From Macrostomum lignano (taxonomy: Eukaryota), in NCBI GenBank assembly GCA_002269645.1, contig NIVC01002092.1, positions 1 through 64,000 on the forward strand: DNA of 64,000 bases, in the 5' to 3' direction. The translations under genes were made by a program, and so were the position numbers. The notes below the pieces were generated by a model. The model was not told the origin of the DNA. It searched no databases and was given only the letters and a program-made list of their open reading frames with translations. Shown piece by piece: positions 12,100 to 24,878 of the stretch (positions within the stretch are counted from its first letter, which is position 1; the number at the start of each line of letters is the position of its first letter).

Positions 12100-12800
12100 T
12101 AGATACCCTTGTCCTCACGTGTGTAGATACCATTGTCCTCACCTGTGTAGATACCCTTGTCCTCACCTGTGTAGATACGCTTGTTCTCATCTGTGTAGAT
12201 ACCCTTGTCCTCACCTGTGTAGATACCCTTGTCCTCACCTGTGTAGATACCCTTGTCCTCACCTGTGTAGATACCCTTGTTCTCCTCACCTGTCTACCCT
12301 TGTTCTCCTCACCTGTCTACCCTTGTTCTCCTCACCTGTCTACCCTTGTTCTCCTCACCTGTCTACCCTTGTTCTCCTCACCTGTCTACCCTTGTTCTCC
12401 TCACCTCTCTACCCTTGTTCTCCTCACCTGTCTACCCTTGTTCTCCTCACCTGGCTACCTTTGTTCTCCTCACCTGTCTACCCTTGTTCTCCTCACCTCT
12501 CTACCCTTGTTCTCCTCACCTGTCTACCCTTGTTCTCCTCACCTGTCTACCCTTGTTCTCCTCACCTGGCTACCCTTGTTCTCCTCACCTGTCTACTCTT
12601 GTTCTCCTCACCTGTCTACCCTTGTTCTCCTCACCTGTCTACCCTTGTTCTCCTCACCTGTCTACCTTTGTTCTCCTCACCTGTCTACCCTTGTTCTCCT
12701 CACCTGTCTACCTTTGTTCTCCTCACTTGTCTACCCTTGTTCTCCTCACCTGTCTACCCTTGTTCTCCTCACCTGTCTACCTTTGTTCTCCTCACGTGTC
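12100..12800. repeat. Compound minisatellite: 24-bp unit (CCTCACCTGTGTAGATACCCTTGT) switching to 23-bp unit (TCTCCTCACCTGTCTACCCTTGT) near 12280
   Basis: Direct reading; explains ORFs 12062-12873. Confidence 0.95.
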
Positions 12801-12950
12801 ACCTGAGCTCATAAATTTCACCGACTCAAACTCAACCCACTCAACTTTAGATTCCACATTCAAGCCTAATTAAAAGTTTAAGGAGCCATATAATCAGAAG
12901 ATTTATAGTCAGTCAAGAAAACTTCTCAGAAATTACATCTCTTCGACTGC

Positions 12951-14156
12951 TCAGCTGGATCTCAGAGGCAGCAGTCGCACAGTTTCAATGGCAACCTGCC
13001 CACCGACAGCCTGACTGGCGAAGGAAGCCGCCGCGGCAGCCGCATCCGAATCCGTATCGGCGCCTTCTCGGCCGTTGTCGTCATTGGCCGCCTCGGCGGA
13101 CCGGGCGGGCCCGACAGTGACGGCTGTAGCCGCGGCCGACGACGGGCCCGACCAGAGGGCGGTGCGGAAGCTGCGGCTGTAGCGAATGAGGACGAAGAAG
13201 TTCAGGCAGGAATCCAACGGCACCACCACCAGGCCCCAGCTCGCCACCTGCTCCAGCAGGCTGACCACGTGCAGCACAGTCCGCCGGCTGCCGTTGCTGG
13301 CCAGCACATAGGCAGCGGTGACGACGTGCAGCGCGGCGAAGGGGAACTCGCAGACAATGAAGCCGAGCGACAGCAGCAGGATGAGCCGGCAGGAGCGGTG
13401 CCGGGCAGCCCGGTTCAAGGCGCGCATCCGGAGCGCCGCCACCATACGGAGGCTCATCAAGACGATGGCCAGGCCGGGAACGATGGTGCCGATCAGCTCC
13501 AGGACCGCGTAGCGAATCAGCACGGGCCTCATGGCCGCCTTCACGTGCAGGCCGACTGGCAGCGACATGGCGTCGTCGGTCGATTCGTTAGCGTCGACGA
13601 GTTTCAACAGCAGGCGCTGCTCGGCGTCCAGAGTGCTCAGCTCGTCATCGCTGCCGCTGAGCAGCCGCACCGAGGTCTCGTTGATCAGGCGCACCTGGGT
13701 CTGATCCACCGTGGCGGCCGAGCTGATGTACACCGCCGCGAATGACATCGCCACGATGACTATCAAGGCCAGGGCCTGGCGCCGAGCGCTCAAGAAGCCG
13801 CCAGCCGAAGATCTGGAGTTGGCAGCGGCGGCCCCGGCTGCGGCAGCAGCGGCGGCTCGAAACGGCCGGAGGATAGCCGCCATTCGGCAGGCGGACACAA
13901 ACAGCAGCCAGTGGTTGCGCACGGTGTGCAGAAAATGGAAGCCGGACTCGAGCTCCAGCCTGCCGGCCAGGTGGTGGGCCAGCAGGTAGCCAGCCAGGAA
14001 GAGGCACAGGGCGATCTCCGTGCCAGTCAGCACCAGGAGGCTGCTGGTTCGGCTGCGGGCTCGCTTGCGCACGAGAGCGCACAGCAACCAGGAGTTCAGG
14101 GCTACCGCGAACAGGGCGAAAGCCAGCGTCACTGACCAAGTGAGCAGGTCGTGCAT
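12951..14156 (-). CDS. Intronless rhodopsin-like (class A) orphan GPCR, peptide-receptor/Srw-like
   Basis: About 401 aa from ATG 14156 (frame open to 14210; track start is GTG). Seven hydrophobic segments; TM1 AVALNSW, TM3 end SACRMAAILRPF, TM5 GTIVPG, TM6 FIVCEFP, TM7 DSCLNFFVL followed by helix-8 SRSFR. High GC like the other exons. Confidence 0.85.
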   Translation of the reverse strand: MHDLLTWSVTLAFALFAVALNSWLLCALVRKRARSRTSSLLVLTGTEIALCLFLAGYLLAHHLAGRLELESGFHFLHTVRNHWLLFVSACRMAAILRPFRAAAAAAAGAAAANSRSSAGGFLSARRQALALIVIVAMSFAAVYISSAATVDQTQVRLINETSVRLLSGSDDELSTLDAEQRLLLKLVDANESTDDAMSLPVGLHVKAAMRPVLIRYAVLELIGTIVPGLAIVLMSLRMVAALRMRALNRAARHRSCRLILLLSLGFIVCEFPFAALHVVTAAYVLASNGSRRTVLHVVSLLEQVASWGLVVVPLDSCLNFFVLIRYSRSFRTALWSGPSSAAATAVTVGPARSAEAANDDNGREGADTDSDAAAAAASFASQAVGGQVAIETVRLLPLRSS

Positions 14157-15280
14157 AACTGCGGCGTGTTCAGTGTATAATCCGGTTTGTAGGGCTGTCA
14201 GACTCGCCACTTGATAGGTCTCTTATCGCAGACTGCAACTTCATGCAGAATTTTATGAATATGAGCTTCTTTTGGAGTTCGAATGGCGTTGAGAAGTGAA
14301 TAGTTATAGGCGCTGGCTGTGATTTGCTGCAGCCCCTCTGCCCCATCCCTTGCACCTTTTCTGCTTTTTCCATAAGCATTTCCCTTACCTTTCCCTTGTC
14401 GGTATTACTCAGTTAATCTCCTCGCAATAATCAATTCCGTCTGCTTTAATCCTCTTTGTCGGCCCTTGATTATCCATAATCCCCCATCTCCGGTGTCACC
14501 CCTCTCATTCCGGTCACCCTGTCTTCTTATACTCTTCTTCTTATCACCCTCCATCCTTGTCACACTCATATATTGCTTGTCATTCTCCATCCGCTCAAAA
14601 GACAAAATCCTTAGCAACTAAAATTGAAACAAATTCTACCATTTATAAAAGCAACATCTGGGGGACACTGTGCAGTCTTGTAACAGGGAAGAACGCCAAT
14701 AGGAATCCCACAATTCAATTTAATCCAAAAAACTTGAATTTGACAATTCTGCAGTCGGTTCTTTCTACTTGTTCAGTTTATTTACGAGTATGAGCTAGCT
14801 ACTTCTTTCAATGTTGAATGCTGAGGAAGTGGGAAAGTGTTTCTGTGTTTCAGCGCTTTCTTTTTGGAAATTTCTTACGTCAAATGTACGTTCCTTATCA
14901 ACATCCAGTAAATAATCTTTGCGCCAGCCTTCGCCTCATATATCTGTAGATTAAATATGACACCTGCGTCTGTTCCTTCGGTGTCTATGGTACAAAGTCC
15001 TCGGACTGTCTTTTCCATAGCTCCACGGGAACAGACAGAGCCCTTTCTGCCATAGACACAGAATTTGAACAGGCAAAAGCTGGTAAAATGCAACGGCCCG
15101 ATAGAGTTCTGTGGCCAAGCGTTTGAATTACCTCGAGAAGGCAAGCCATAGACAAGTCGATTTGTCATGCTATATGGAACGATAAGCCAGAATAGAAGGA
15201 ATGATTTTGAGTTTTTCACAGAGACACAACCAAACGCTTTCATTTTCTCTCGTTTGATGGAGTTCAGCTGGAATGGCGCT

Positions 15281-15790
15281 GCAAATTTCACCTTGCACCG
15301 TGGACTGTAGAGGAGGGTCGAATGTGCCAGAGCAAGCCATAGACAAGTCGCAAATTTCACCTTGCACCGTGGACTGCAGAGGAAGGTCGAATGTGCCAGA
15401 GCAAGCCATAGACAAGTCGCAAATTTCACCTTGCACCGTGGACTGTAGAGGAAGGTCGAATGTGCCAGAGCAAGCCATAGACAAGTCGCAAATTTCACCT
15501 TGCACCGTGGACTGCAGAGGAAGGTCGAATGTGCCAGAGCAAGCCATAGACAAGTCGCAAATTTCACCTTGCACCGTGGACTGCAGAGGAAGGTCGAATG
15601 TGCCAGAGCAAGCCATAGACAAGTCGCAAATTTCACCTTGCACCGTGGACTGCAGAGGAAGGTCGAATGTGCCAGAGCAAGCCATAGACAAGTCGCAAAT
15701 TTCACCTTGCACCGTGGACTGTCGAGGAGGGTCGAATGTGTCAGAGCAAGCCATAGACAAGTCGCAAATTTCACCTTGCACCGTGGACTG
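15281..15790. repeat. 69-bp tandem repeat, about 7.4 near-identical units
   Basis: Unit CAAATTTCACCTTGCACCGTGGACTG(T/C)AGAGG(A/G)GGTCGAATGTGCCAGAGCAAGCCATAGACAAGTCG; no spacers. Confidence 0.95.
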
Positions 15791-16084
15791 TATACTATTT
15801 TATATGAGCAAAAATAAGAGCTAGGGCAGAGGTTACAGAGCAAGTGGAATGCTTCAGTAATTTTCAACATGAAAAAGTGGATATCTACTTTTGACTGACT
15901 GGCCAACCTGCAACAAGAAAAAGCAGGAGTGAGAGAACGTGAGCCCTCAAGATTTGGCATTTTCATTACATGAAAAAATCGATTCAGCCGCGCCGGAGTC
16001 AACGCGCAAGAAGCTGGAAGAATGGGCAGTCAAGGTGTTTGACACTACACTACCCTAAATTATACTACACTTCTTGCACGTGGC

Positions 16085-16185
16085 AGTCAGCGGAACGGGC
16101 AGAATTGCCGCGTCAGCGCTGGTTGCGAGACGATGTCGTCGAAGGCGTTGCGCCAGGTTACCCACACAGCCAGCCCTCTTGCAAA
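16085..16185 (-). repeat. Dispersed ~100-bp repeat, copy 1 of 3
   Basis: Shares the exact 15-mer CAACCAGCGCTGACG and flanking similarity (GGCAATTCTGCCC) with 51545-51640 and 57305-57400. Confidence 0.7.
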
Positions 16186-16596
16186 TATTATTTACTAGTA
16201 TTACTGACACAGTCGGAGACCGGAAAGCAAGTGAAAACACTGTTCTCGGTTTCTAAACGGATTGCTGGATATTTAAGGCAAGCATTTCATCAGATTAGGA
16301 TTTACGAGTACATATAACGGATAATCTTCGGGCTAGAATTATGCAGATAAATTCTGTTAAAAAAACTCCGATTAGAAAAAATAGACAGGAGAGAAAGAAT
16401 GAAACTCTTGTATTGCTTTACCAAACACATGCTGGCTTCAAATGATCTTCGAAACTACAGAAGGTGAGGTCCGGGATAGCCCTCAGTTTAGCAGTGGCGT
16501 ACGGAGACGGGCTCAGGTAGGCCGCAGCCACGACCCCTCACCCCACAAAAACTGCGCTTCTCCAAAAACTAAATGAGAGTTAACCAAGCTCGACAG

Positions 16597-18230
16597 AGAC
16601 AGGAGCGCCAACTATGACAGGAGCGCCAAATAAGAGACAGGAGCGCCAAATAAGAGACAGGAGCGCCAAATAAGAGACAGGAGCGCCAACTAAGAGACAG
16701 GAGCGCCAAATAAGAGACAGGAGCGCCAAATAAGAGACAGGAGCGCCAAATAAGAGACAGGAGCGCCAACTAAGAGACAGGAGCGCCAAATAAGAGACAG
16801 GAGCGCCAACTAAGAGACAGGAGCGCCAACCAAGAGACAGGGGCGCCAACCAAGAGACAGGGGCGCCAACCAAGAGACTGGGGCGCCAACTAAAAGACAG
16901 GGGCCCCAACCAAGAGACAGGGGCGCAAACAAAGAGACGGGCGCCAACTAAGAGACAGGGGCGCCAACCAAGAGACGGGCACCAACCAAGAGATAGGGGC
17001 GCCAATCAAGAGACAGGGGCGCCAACCAAGAGACAGGGGCGCCAACAAAGAGATAGGGGCGCCATCCAAGAGACGGGCGCCAACTAAGAGACAGGAGCGC
17101 CAAATAAGAGACAGGAGCGCCAACTAAGAGACAGGAGCGCCAACCAAGAGACAGGGGCGCCAACCAAGAGACTGGGGCGCCAACTAAAAGACAGGGGCCC
17201 CAACCAAGAGACAGGGGCGCAAACAAAGAGACGGGCGCCAACTAAGAGACAGGGGCCAACCAAGAGACAGGCACCAACCAAGAGATAGGGGCGCCAATCA
17301 AGAGACAGGGGCGCCAACCAAGAGACAGGGGCGCCAACAAAGAGATAGGGGCGCCATCCAAGAGACGGGCGCCAACCAAGAGACAGGGGCGCCAACCAAG
17401 AGACAGGGGCGCCAACAAAGAGACAGGGGCGCCAACAAAGAGACAGGGGCGCCAACCAAGAGACAGGGGCGCCAACCAAGAGACAGGAGCGCCAACTAAG
17501 AGACAGGAGCGCCAAATAAGAGACAGGAGCGCCAACTAAGAGACAGGAGCGCCAACCAAGAGACAGGGGCGCCAACCAAGAGACTGGGGCGCCAACTAAA
17601 AGACAGGGGCCCCAACCAAGAGACAGGGGCGCAAACAAAGAGACGGGCGCCAACTAAGAGACAGGGGCGCCAACCAAGAGACGGGCACCAACCAAGAGAT
17701 AGGGGCGCCAATCAAGAGACAGGGGCGCCAACCAAGAGACAGGGGCGCCAACAAAGAGATAGGGGCGCCATCCAAGAGACGGGCGCCAACCAAGAGACAG
17801 GGGCGCCAACCAAGAGACAGGGGCGCCAACAAAGAGACAGGGGCGCCAACAAAGAGACAGGGGCGCCAACCAAGAGACAGGGGCGCCAACCAAGAGACAG
17901 GGGCGCCAACAAAGAGACAGGGGCGCCAACCAAGAGACAGGGGCGCCAACCAAGAGACAGGGGCGCCAACCAAGAGACAGGGGCGCCAACCAAGAGACAG
18001 GGGCGCCAACAAAGAGACAGGGGCGCCAACAAAGAGACAGGGGCGCCAACAAGAGACAGGGGCGCCAACCAAGAGACAGGGGCGCCAACCAAGAGACAGG
18101 GGCGCCAACCAAGAGACAGGGGCGCCAACCAAGAGACAGGGGCGCCAACCAAGAGACAGGGGCGCCAACCAAGAGACAGGGGCGCCAACCAAGAGACAGG
18201 GGCGCCAACCAAGAGACAGGGGCGCCAACC
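16597..18230. repeat. 20-bp minisatellite (AAGAGACAGGGGCGCCAACC), about 80 units, preceded by an orphan CAGTGGCGTA hAT-like end at 16492
   Basis: Direct reading; explains all WLAPLSLG/GAPVS ORFs. Confidence 0.95.
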
Positions 18231-18879
18231 CCTGTCTATTGGCCTCATGCACGTACACGTATTGAATGCATCATAAAACACATCGCATTGTTTGAAGCCC
18301 TAGCAATTAATACAGCTAATTCGAGGACAGAACGGATTTGTGGCATAATTTCCCGTGCGGAAACTACAAGCTTTATCGAGGACTTACTCGCCTACATGCA
18401 TTTTGCGCTGTTAATGAGTGTGCCTGAAAATGCAACTATGTCTTCATCAAAATTCAATTTGCATCACTGACTGCGTCGTTAGGATAAAGGAAATACCTGA
18501 TAAATTATTGCATTCTTGGAAGAGACAGATGGATATGCAGGTGCTAGGAAAACGACTAGCAGCTGGCGAGTCCTTCATCCCATCAACTCATCAGGCATGC
18601 ACGCGCAAAAGCTTGTTTAGAAAAACAGTTTAATCTTCTTCAAGACTCCAGCTCATATTTTTGAAGATTCTAGTTATCAGAAAAAAACTGTTGACTCGCT
18701 TTCTACTAATTTTGCTAATTAATTTAATTTAATCTAATATTAACCTATTGAACTGGCTTAATTTAGAATTCATGCAGCTGGTTCAGTCTTAGTGTGAGCA
18801 ATTTAGCTTTTGTTAAACAGGCTTTCAGGTAAAATCAGCTTACGTCGATATTATCATTTATCTTAGGGTAAATGCCGAA

Positions 18880-20710
18880 AAGGATGGGAGATCTGTGGAA
18901 TGACGGGAACAAGGATAGATCTGTGGAATGACGGGAACAAGGATAGATCAGTGGAATGACGGGAACAAGGATAGATCAGTGGAATGACAGGAACAAGGAT
19001 AGGAGATCAGCGGAATGACGGGAACAAGGATAGGAGATCAGTGGAATGACGGGAACAAGGATAGATCAGTGGAATGACGGGAACAAGGATAGATCAGTGG
19101 AATGACGGGAACAAGGATAGGAGATCAGCGGAATGACGGGAACAAGGATAGGAGAACAGTGGAATGACGGGAACAAGGATAGATCAGTGGAATGACGGGA
19201 ACAAGGATAGATCAGTGGAATGACGGGAACAAGGATAGGAGATCAGTGGAATGACGGGAACAAGGATAAGAGATCAGTGGAATGACGGGAACAAGGATAG
19301 ATCAGTGGAATGACGGGAACAAGGATAGATCAGTGGAATGACGGGAACAAGGATAGATCAGTGGAATGACGGGAACAAGGATAGGAGATCAGTGGAATGA
19401 CGGGAACAAGGATAGATCAGTGGAATGACGGGAACAAGGATAGATCAGTGGAATGACGGGAACAAGGATAGATCAGTGGAATGACGGGAACAAGGATAGG
19501 AGATCAGTGGAATGACGGGAACAAGGATAAGAGATCAGTGGAATGACGGGAACAAGGATAGGAGATCAGTGGAATGACGGGAACAAGGATAGATCAGTGG
19601 AATAACGGGAACAAGGATAGGAGATCAGTGGAATGACGGGAACAAGGATAGGAGATCAGTGGAATGACGGGAACAAGGATAGGAGATCAGTGGAATGACG
19701 GGAACAAGGATAGGAGATCAGTGGAATGACGGGAACAAGGATAGGAGATCAGTGGGATGACGGGAACAAGGATAGGAGAACAGTGGAATGACGGGAACAA
19801 GGATAGGAGATCAGTGGAATGACGGGAACAAGGATAGGAGAACAGTGGAATGACGGGAACAAGGATAGGAGATCAGTGGAATGACGGGAACAAGGATAGG
19901 AGAACAGTGGAATGACGGGAACAAGGATAGATCAGTGGAATGACGGGAACAAGGATAGATCAGTGGAATGACGGGAACAAGGATAGGAGATCAGTGGAAT
20001 GACGGGAACAAGGATAGGAGATCAGTGGAATGACGGGAACAAGGATAGGAGATCAGTGGAATGACGGGAACAAGGATAAGAGATCAGTGGAATGACGGGA
20101 ACAAAGATAGGAGATCAGTGGAATGACGGGAACAAGGATAGATCAGTGGAATGACGGGAACAAGGATAGATCAGTGGAATGACGGGAACAAGGATAGATC
20201 AGTGGAATGACGGGAACAAGGATAGGAGATAAGTGGAATGACGGGAACAAGGATAGGAGATCAGTGGAATGACGGGAACAAGGATAGGAGATCAGTGGAA
20301 TGACGGGAACAAGGATAGATCAGTGGAATAACGGGATAAGGATAGGAGATCAGTGGAATGACGGGAACAAGGATAGGAGATCAGTGGAATGAAGGGAACA
20401 AGGATAGATCAGTGGAATAACGGGAACAAGGATAGGAGATCAGTGGAATGACGGGAACAAGGATAGGAGATCAGTGGAATGACGGGAACAAGGATAGGAG
20501 ATCAGTGGAATGACGGGAACAAGGATAGGAGAACAGTGGAATGACGGGAACAAGGATAGATCAGTGGAATGACGGGAACAAGGATAGGAGATCAGTGGAA
20601 TGACGGGAACAAGGATAGGAGATCAGTGGAATAACGGGAACAAAAATAGGATCAGTGGAATGACGGGAACAAAAATAGAAGATCAGTGGAATGACGGGAA
20701 CAAGGACAGC
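18880..20710. repeat. 28/31-bp minisatellite (GATCAGTGGAATGACGGGAACAAGGATA[GGA])
   Basis: Direct reading; two length variants interspersed. Confidence 0.95.
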
Positions 20711-21807
20711 TGAATCGAGGTGATCGAAGATAATTCGATTTTTTAATTAGGGATGAAATTCATTTTATCTATTGAGTCTATAGAATATGACATACATATA
20801 ACTATTATATTAATGTACTACACCAGTAGTACATAATATCCAACGTGTTTTTAGTCTACACAATCGGAAATTAGATTTTTATGCCTATGTTTTTAAAGAC
20901 TACAGGCAGTGGGACAATATACCTAAGGCAACTCAATAACTTTCAATTCTTTTTTTCATCATTGAATTTCGAGTTAACAAACAAGAAAATTAATAACAAA
21001 CAGAACAATAGCAGCAGCAGAGAGGCGAGGCAGAGCGGGAGAGGGAGAAGGAGAGGGGTTAGAGGGGAGGCATTCGGGAGGTAGAGGGGTAGATGGGTCT
21101 GGAGGCTCGTAATTTGCAGTGAGCAGAGCAGTTGAAGAAGCCGCAGTCGCAGCCGAAGTAGGTAATCTTAATAAAACCACCTGTCGCTTGAGCTAGCCGC
21201 AGAGCAAAGAGCTCAAACATTTCCTTTGCTCATATCATAGATCAGACTTAGACTCGGCTAGGTAAAAGATAAAATTAGAATTTTCAGCTACTAATTTAAC
21301 AACAACCAGCTTGAACAAGTCCGCTTGCGGGGCCAATATATTAATAATAGATATTAATAGAAGACACGAAATAAACAAGAACGAAAAAAGCAGGGCGAGC
21401 AAAGCGCGGGCGCGGTAGTTGTAAAAGAAAAAACTGAAAAGTACAGGCCGCCCTTGCAAAATTAAGACTTAAAAATCGCAGAATAGGGATAAGTGCAATA
21501 GTAATCTAGTTATAACACGGGGGTAGGCTGGGAGACAATTCAATCAGCTATAAATTTAAACACGCACAGAATGCAGCAAACCATGCATTGAAAACATGTG
21601 CATGGCTTCTCTCAGCTATGCCAACGTGCTGCTGCTACTGGGAGGAATTACAGTTTGCACTGAGCCCTACTGTAAGTAGAGAGTTGCGGGCAAGTTGGCG
21701 CGTTGTGCTGAAGAAACTAATTTGGAAATAAAAAAATACGACGGGAATTCAGTTGCGACGGCGGGCTTCACGGGTCACAGCTTCACAACTCTGCGCTGGA
21801 TTGGAGG

Positions 21808-24745
21808 CTGGAGGGACATTATCGATGGGATTTGGAGGCTGGGGGACATTATCGATGGGATTTGAAGGCTGGGGGGACATTATCGATGGGATTTGAGGCT
21901 GGGGGACATTATCGATGGGATTTGGAGGCTGGGGGACATTATCGATGGGATTTGAAGGCTGGAGGGACATTATCGATGGGATTTGAAGGCTGGGGGGACA
22001 TTATCGATGGGATTTGGAGGCTGGGGGACATTATCGATGGGATTTGAAGGCTGGAGGGACATTATCGATGGGATTTGAAGGCTGGGGGGACATTATCGAT
22101 GGGATTTGGAGGCTGGGGGACATTATCGATGGGATTTGAAGGCTGGGGGACATTATCGATGGGATTTGGAGGCTGGGGGACATTATCGATGGGATTTGGA
22201 GGCTGGGGGACATTATCGATGGGATTTGAAGGCTGGAGGGACATTATCGATGGGATTTGGAGGCTGGGGGACATTATCGATGGGATTTGAAGGCTGGAGG
22301 GACATTATCGATGGGATTTGGAGGCTGGGGGACATTATCGATGGGATTTGAAGGCTGGGGGACATTATCGATGGGATTTGAAGGCTGGGGGACATTATCG
22401 ATGGGATTTGAGGCTGGGGGACATTATCGATGGGATTTGGAGGCTGGGGGACATTATCGATGGGATTTGAAGGCTGGAGGGACATTATCGATGGGATTTG
22501 GAGGCTGGGGGACATTATCGATGGGATTTGAAGGCTGGGGGACATTATCGATGGGATTTGGAGGCTGGGGGACATTATCGATGGGATTTGAAGGCTGGGG
22601 GACATTATCGATGGGATTTGAAGGCTGGGGGACATTATCGATGGGATTTGAAGGCTGGGGGACATTATCGATGGGATTTGAGGCTGGGGGACATTATCGA
22701 TGGGATTTGAAGGCTGGGGGACATTATCGATGGGATTTGAAGGCTGGAGGGACATTATCGATGGGATTTGGAGGCTGGGGGACATTATCGATGGGATTTG
22801 AAGGCTGGGGGACATTATCGATGGGATTTGAAGGCTGGGGGACATTATCGATGGGATTTGGAGGCTTGGGGACATTATCGATGGGATTTGAAGGCTGGGG
22901 GACATTATCGATGGGATTTGAAGGCTTGGGGACATTATCGATGGGATTTGAAGGCTGGGGGACATTATCGATGGGATTTGAAGGCTGGGGGACATTATCG
23001 ATGGGATTTGAAGGCTGGGGGACATTATCGATGGGATTTGAAGGCTGGAGGGACATTATCGATGGGATTTGAAGGCTGGAGGGACATTATCGATGGGATT
23101 TGAAGGCTGGAGGGACATTATCGATGGGATTTGAAGGCTGGGGGACATTATCGATGGGATTTGAAGGCTGGAGGGACATTATCGATGGGATTTGAAGGCT
23201 GGGGGGACATTATCGATGGGATTTGGAGGCTGGGGGAAATTATCGATGGGATTTGAAGGCTGGGGGACATTATCGATGGGATTTGAAGGCTGGGGGACAT
23301 TATCGATGGGATTTGAAGGCTGGGGGACATTATCGATGGGATTTGAAGGCTGGGGGACATTATCGATGGGATTTGAAGGCTGGGGACATTATCGATGGGA
23401 TTTGAAGGCTGGGGGACATTATCGATGGGATTTGGAGGCTTGGGGACATTATCGATGGGATTTGAAGGCTGGGGGACATTATCGATGGGATTTGAAGGCT
23501 GGGGGACATTATCGATGGGATTTGGAGGCTGGGGGACATTATCGATGGGATTTGGAGGCTGGGGGACATTATCGATGGGATTTGGAGGCTGGGGGGACAT
23601 TATCGATGGGATTTGGAGGCTGGGGGACATTATCGATGGGATTTGGAGGCTGGGGGACATTATCGATGGGATTTGGAGGCTGGGGGACATTATCGATGGG
23701 ATTTGGAGGCTGGGGGACATTATCGATGGGATTTGGAGGCTGGGGGACATTATCGATGGGATTTGGAGGCTGGGGGGACATTATCGATGGGATTTGAAGG
23801 CTGGGGGGACATTATCGATGGGATTTGAAGGCTGGGGGACATTATCGATGGGATTTGAAGGCTGGGGGGACATTATCGATGGGATTTGAAGGCTGGGGGG
23901 ACATTATCGATGGGATTTGAAGGCTGGGGGGACATTATCGATGGGATTTGAAGGCTGGGGGACATTATCGATGGGATTTGAAGGCTGGGGGGACATTATC
24001 GATGGGATTTGAAGGCTGGAGGGACATTATCGATGGGATTTGAAGGCTGGAGGGACATTATCGATGGGATTTGAAGGCTGGAGGGACATTATCGATGGGA
24101 TTTGAAGGCTGGGGGACATTATCGATGGGATTTGAAGGCTGGAGGGACATTATCGATGGGATTTGAAGGCTGGGGGACATTATCGATGGGATTTGAAGGC
24201 TGGGGGACATTATCGATGGGATTTGAAGGCTGGAGGGACATTATCGATGGGATTTGAAGGCTGGAGGGACATTATCGATGGGATTTGAAGGCTGGGGGGA
24301 CATTATCGATGGGATTTGAAGGCTGGAGGGACATTATCGATGGGATTTGAAGGCTGGAGGGACATTATCGATGGGATTTGAAGGCTGGGGGGACATTATC
24401 GATGGGATTTGAAGGCTGGGGGGACATTATCGATGGGATTTGAAGGCTGGGGGACATTATCGATGGATTTGAAGGCTGGGGGACATTATCGATGGGATTT
24501 GAAGGCTGGGGGACATTATCGATGGGATTTGAAGGCTGGGGGACATTATCGATGGGATTTGAAGGCTGGGGGACATTATTGATGGGATTTGAAGGCTGGA
24601 GGGACATTATCGATGGGATTTGAAGGCTGGGGGGACATTATCGATGGGATTTGAAGGCTGGGGGGACATTATCGATGGGATTTGAAGGCTGGGGGGGACA
24701 TTATCGATGGGATTTGGACGCTGGGGGGACATTATTGATGGGATT
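21808..24745. repeat. 29-31-bp minisatellite (GGCTGGGGGACATTATCGATGGGATTTG[G/A]A), about 2.9 kb
   Basis: Direct reading; explains [18 protein letters not shown] and PIDNVPQ ORFs. Confidence 0.95.
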
Positions 24746-24878
24746 TGGATGGCGCTTATGTTTAGGAATTTGGGATGAAAAGGTGATTCACAAGCTCAGT
24801 CCAACCGCAGTCACTATAGCCAGCGAGTGAATGTGAGAAAGTTTGCTGTGATTGCAGCCCCAGCTCTCTTAACTAAGC

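Noticed and set aside
13269-14214. Plus-strand ORFs overlapping the GPCR
   Set aside because: Antisense shadows of a GC-rich CDS; same for ORFs opposite the toxin, LRR and four-TM genes.
20974-21459. Two short minus ORFs, one Pro-rich and one hydrophobic, between two arrays
   Set aside because: No convincing start, splice pairing or family motif.
16569-24607. Many repeat-peptide ORFs ([26 protein letters not shown])
   Set aside because: All are translations of minisatellite units in several frames at once.
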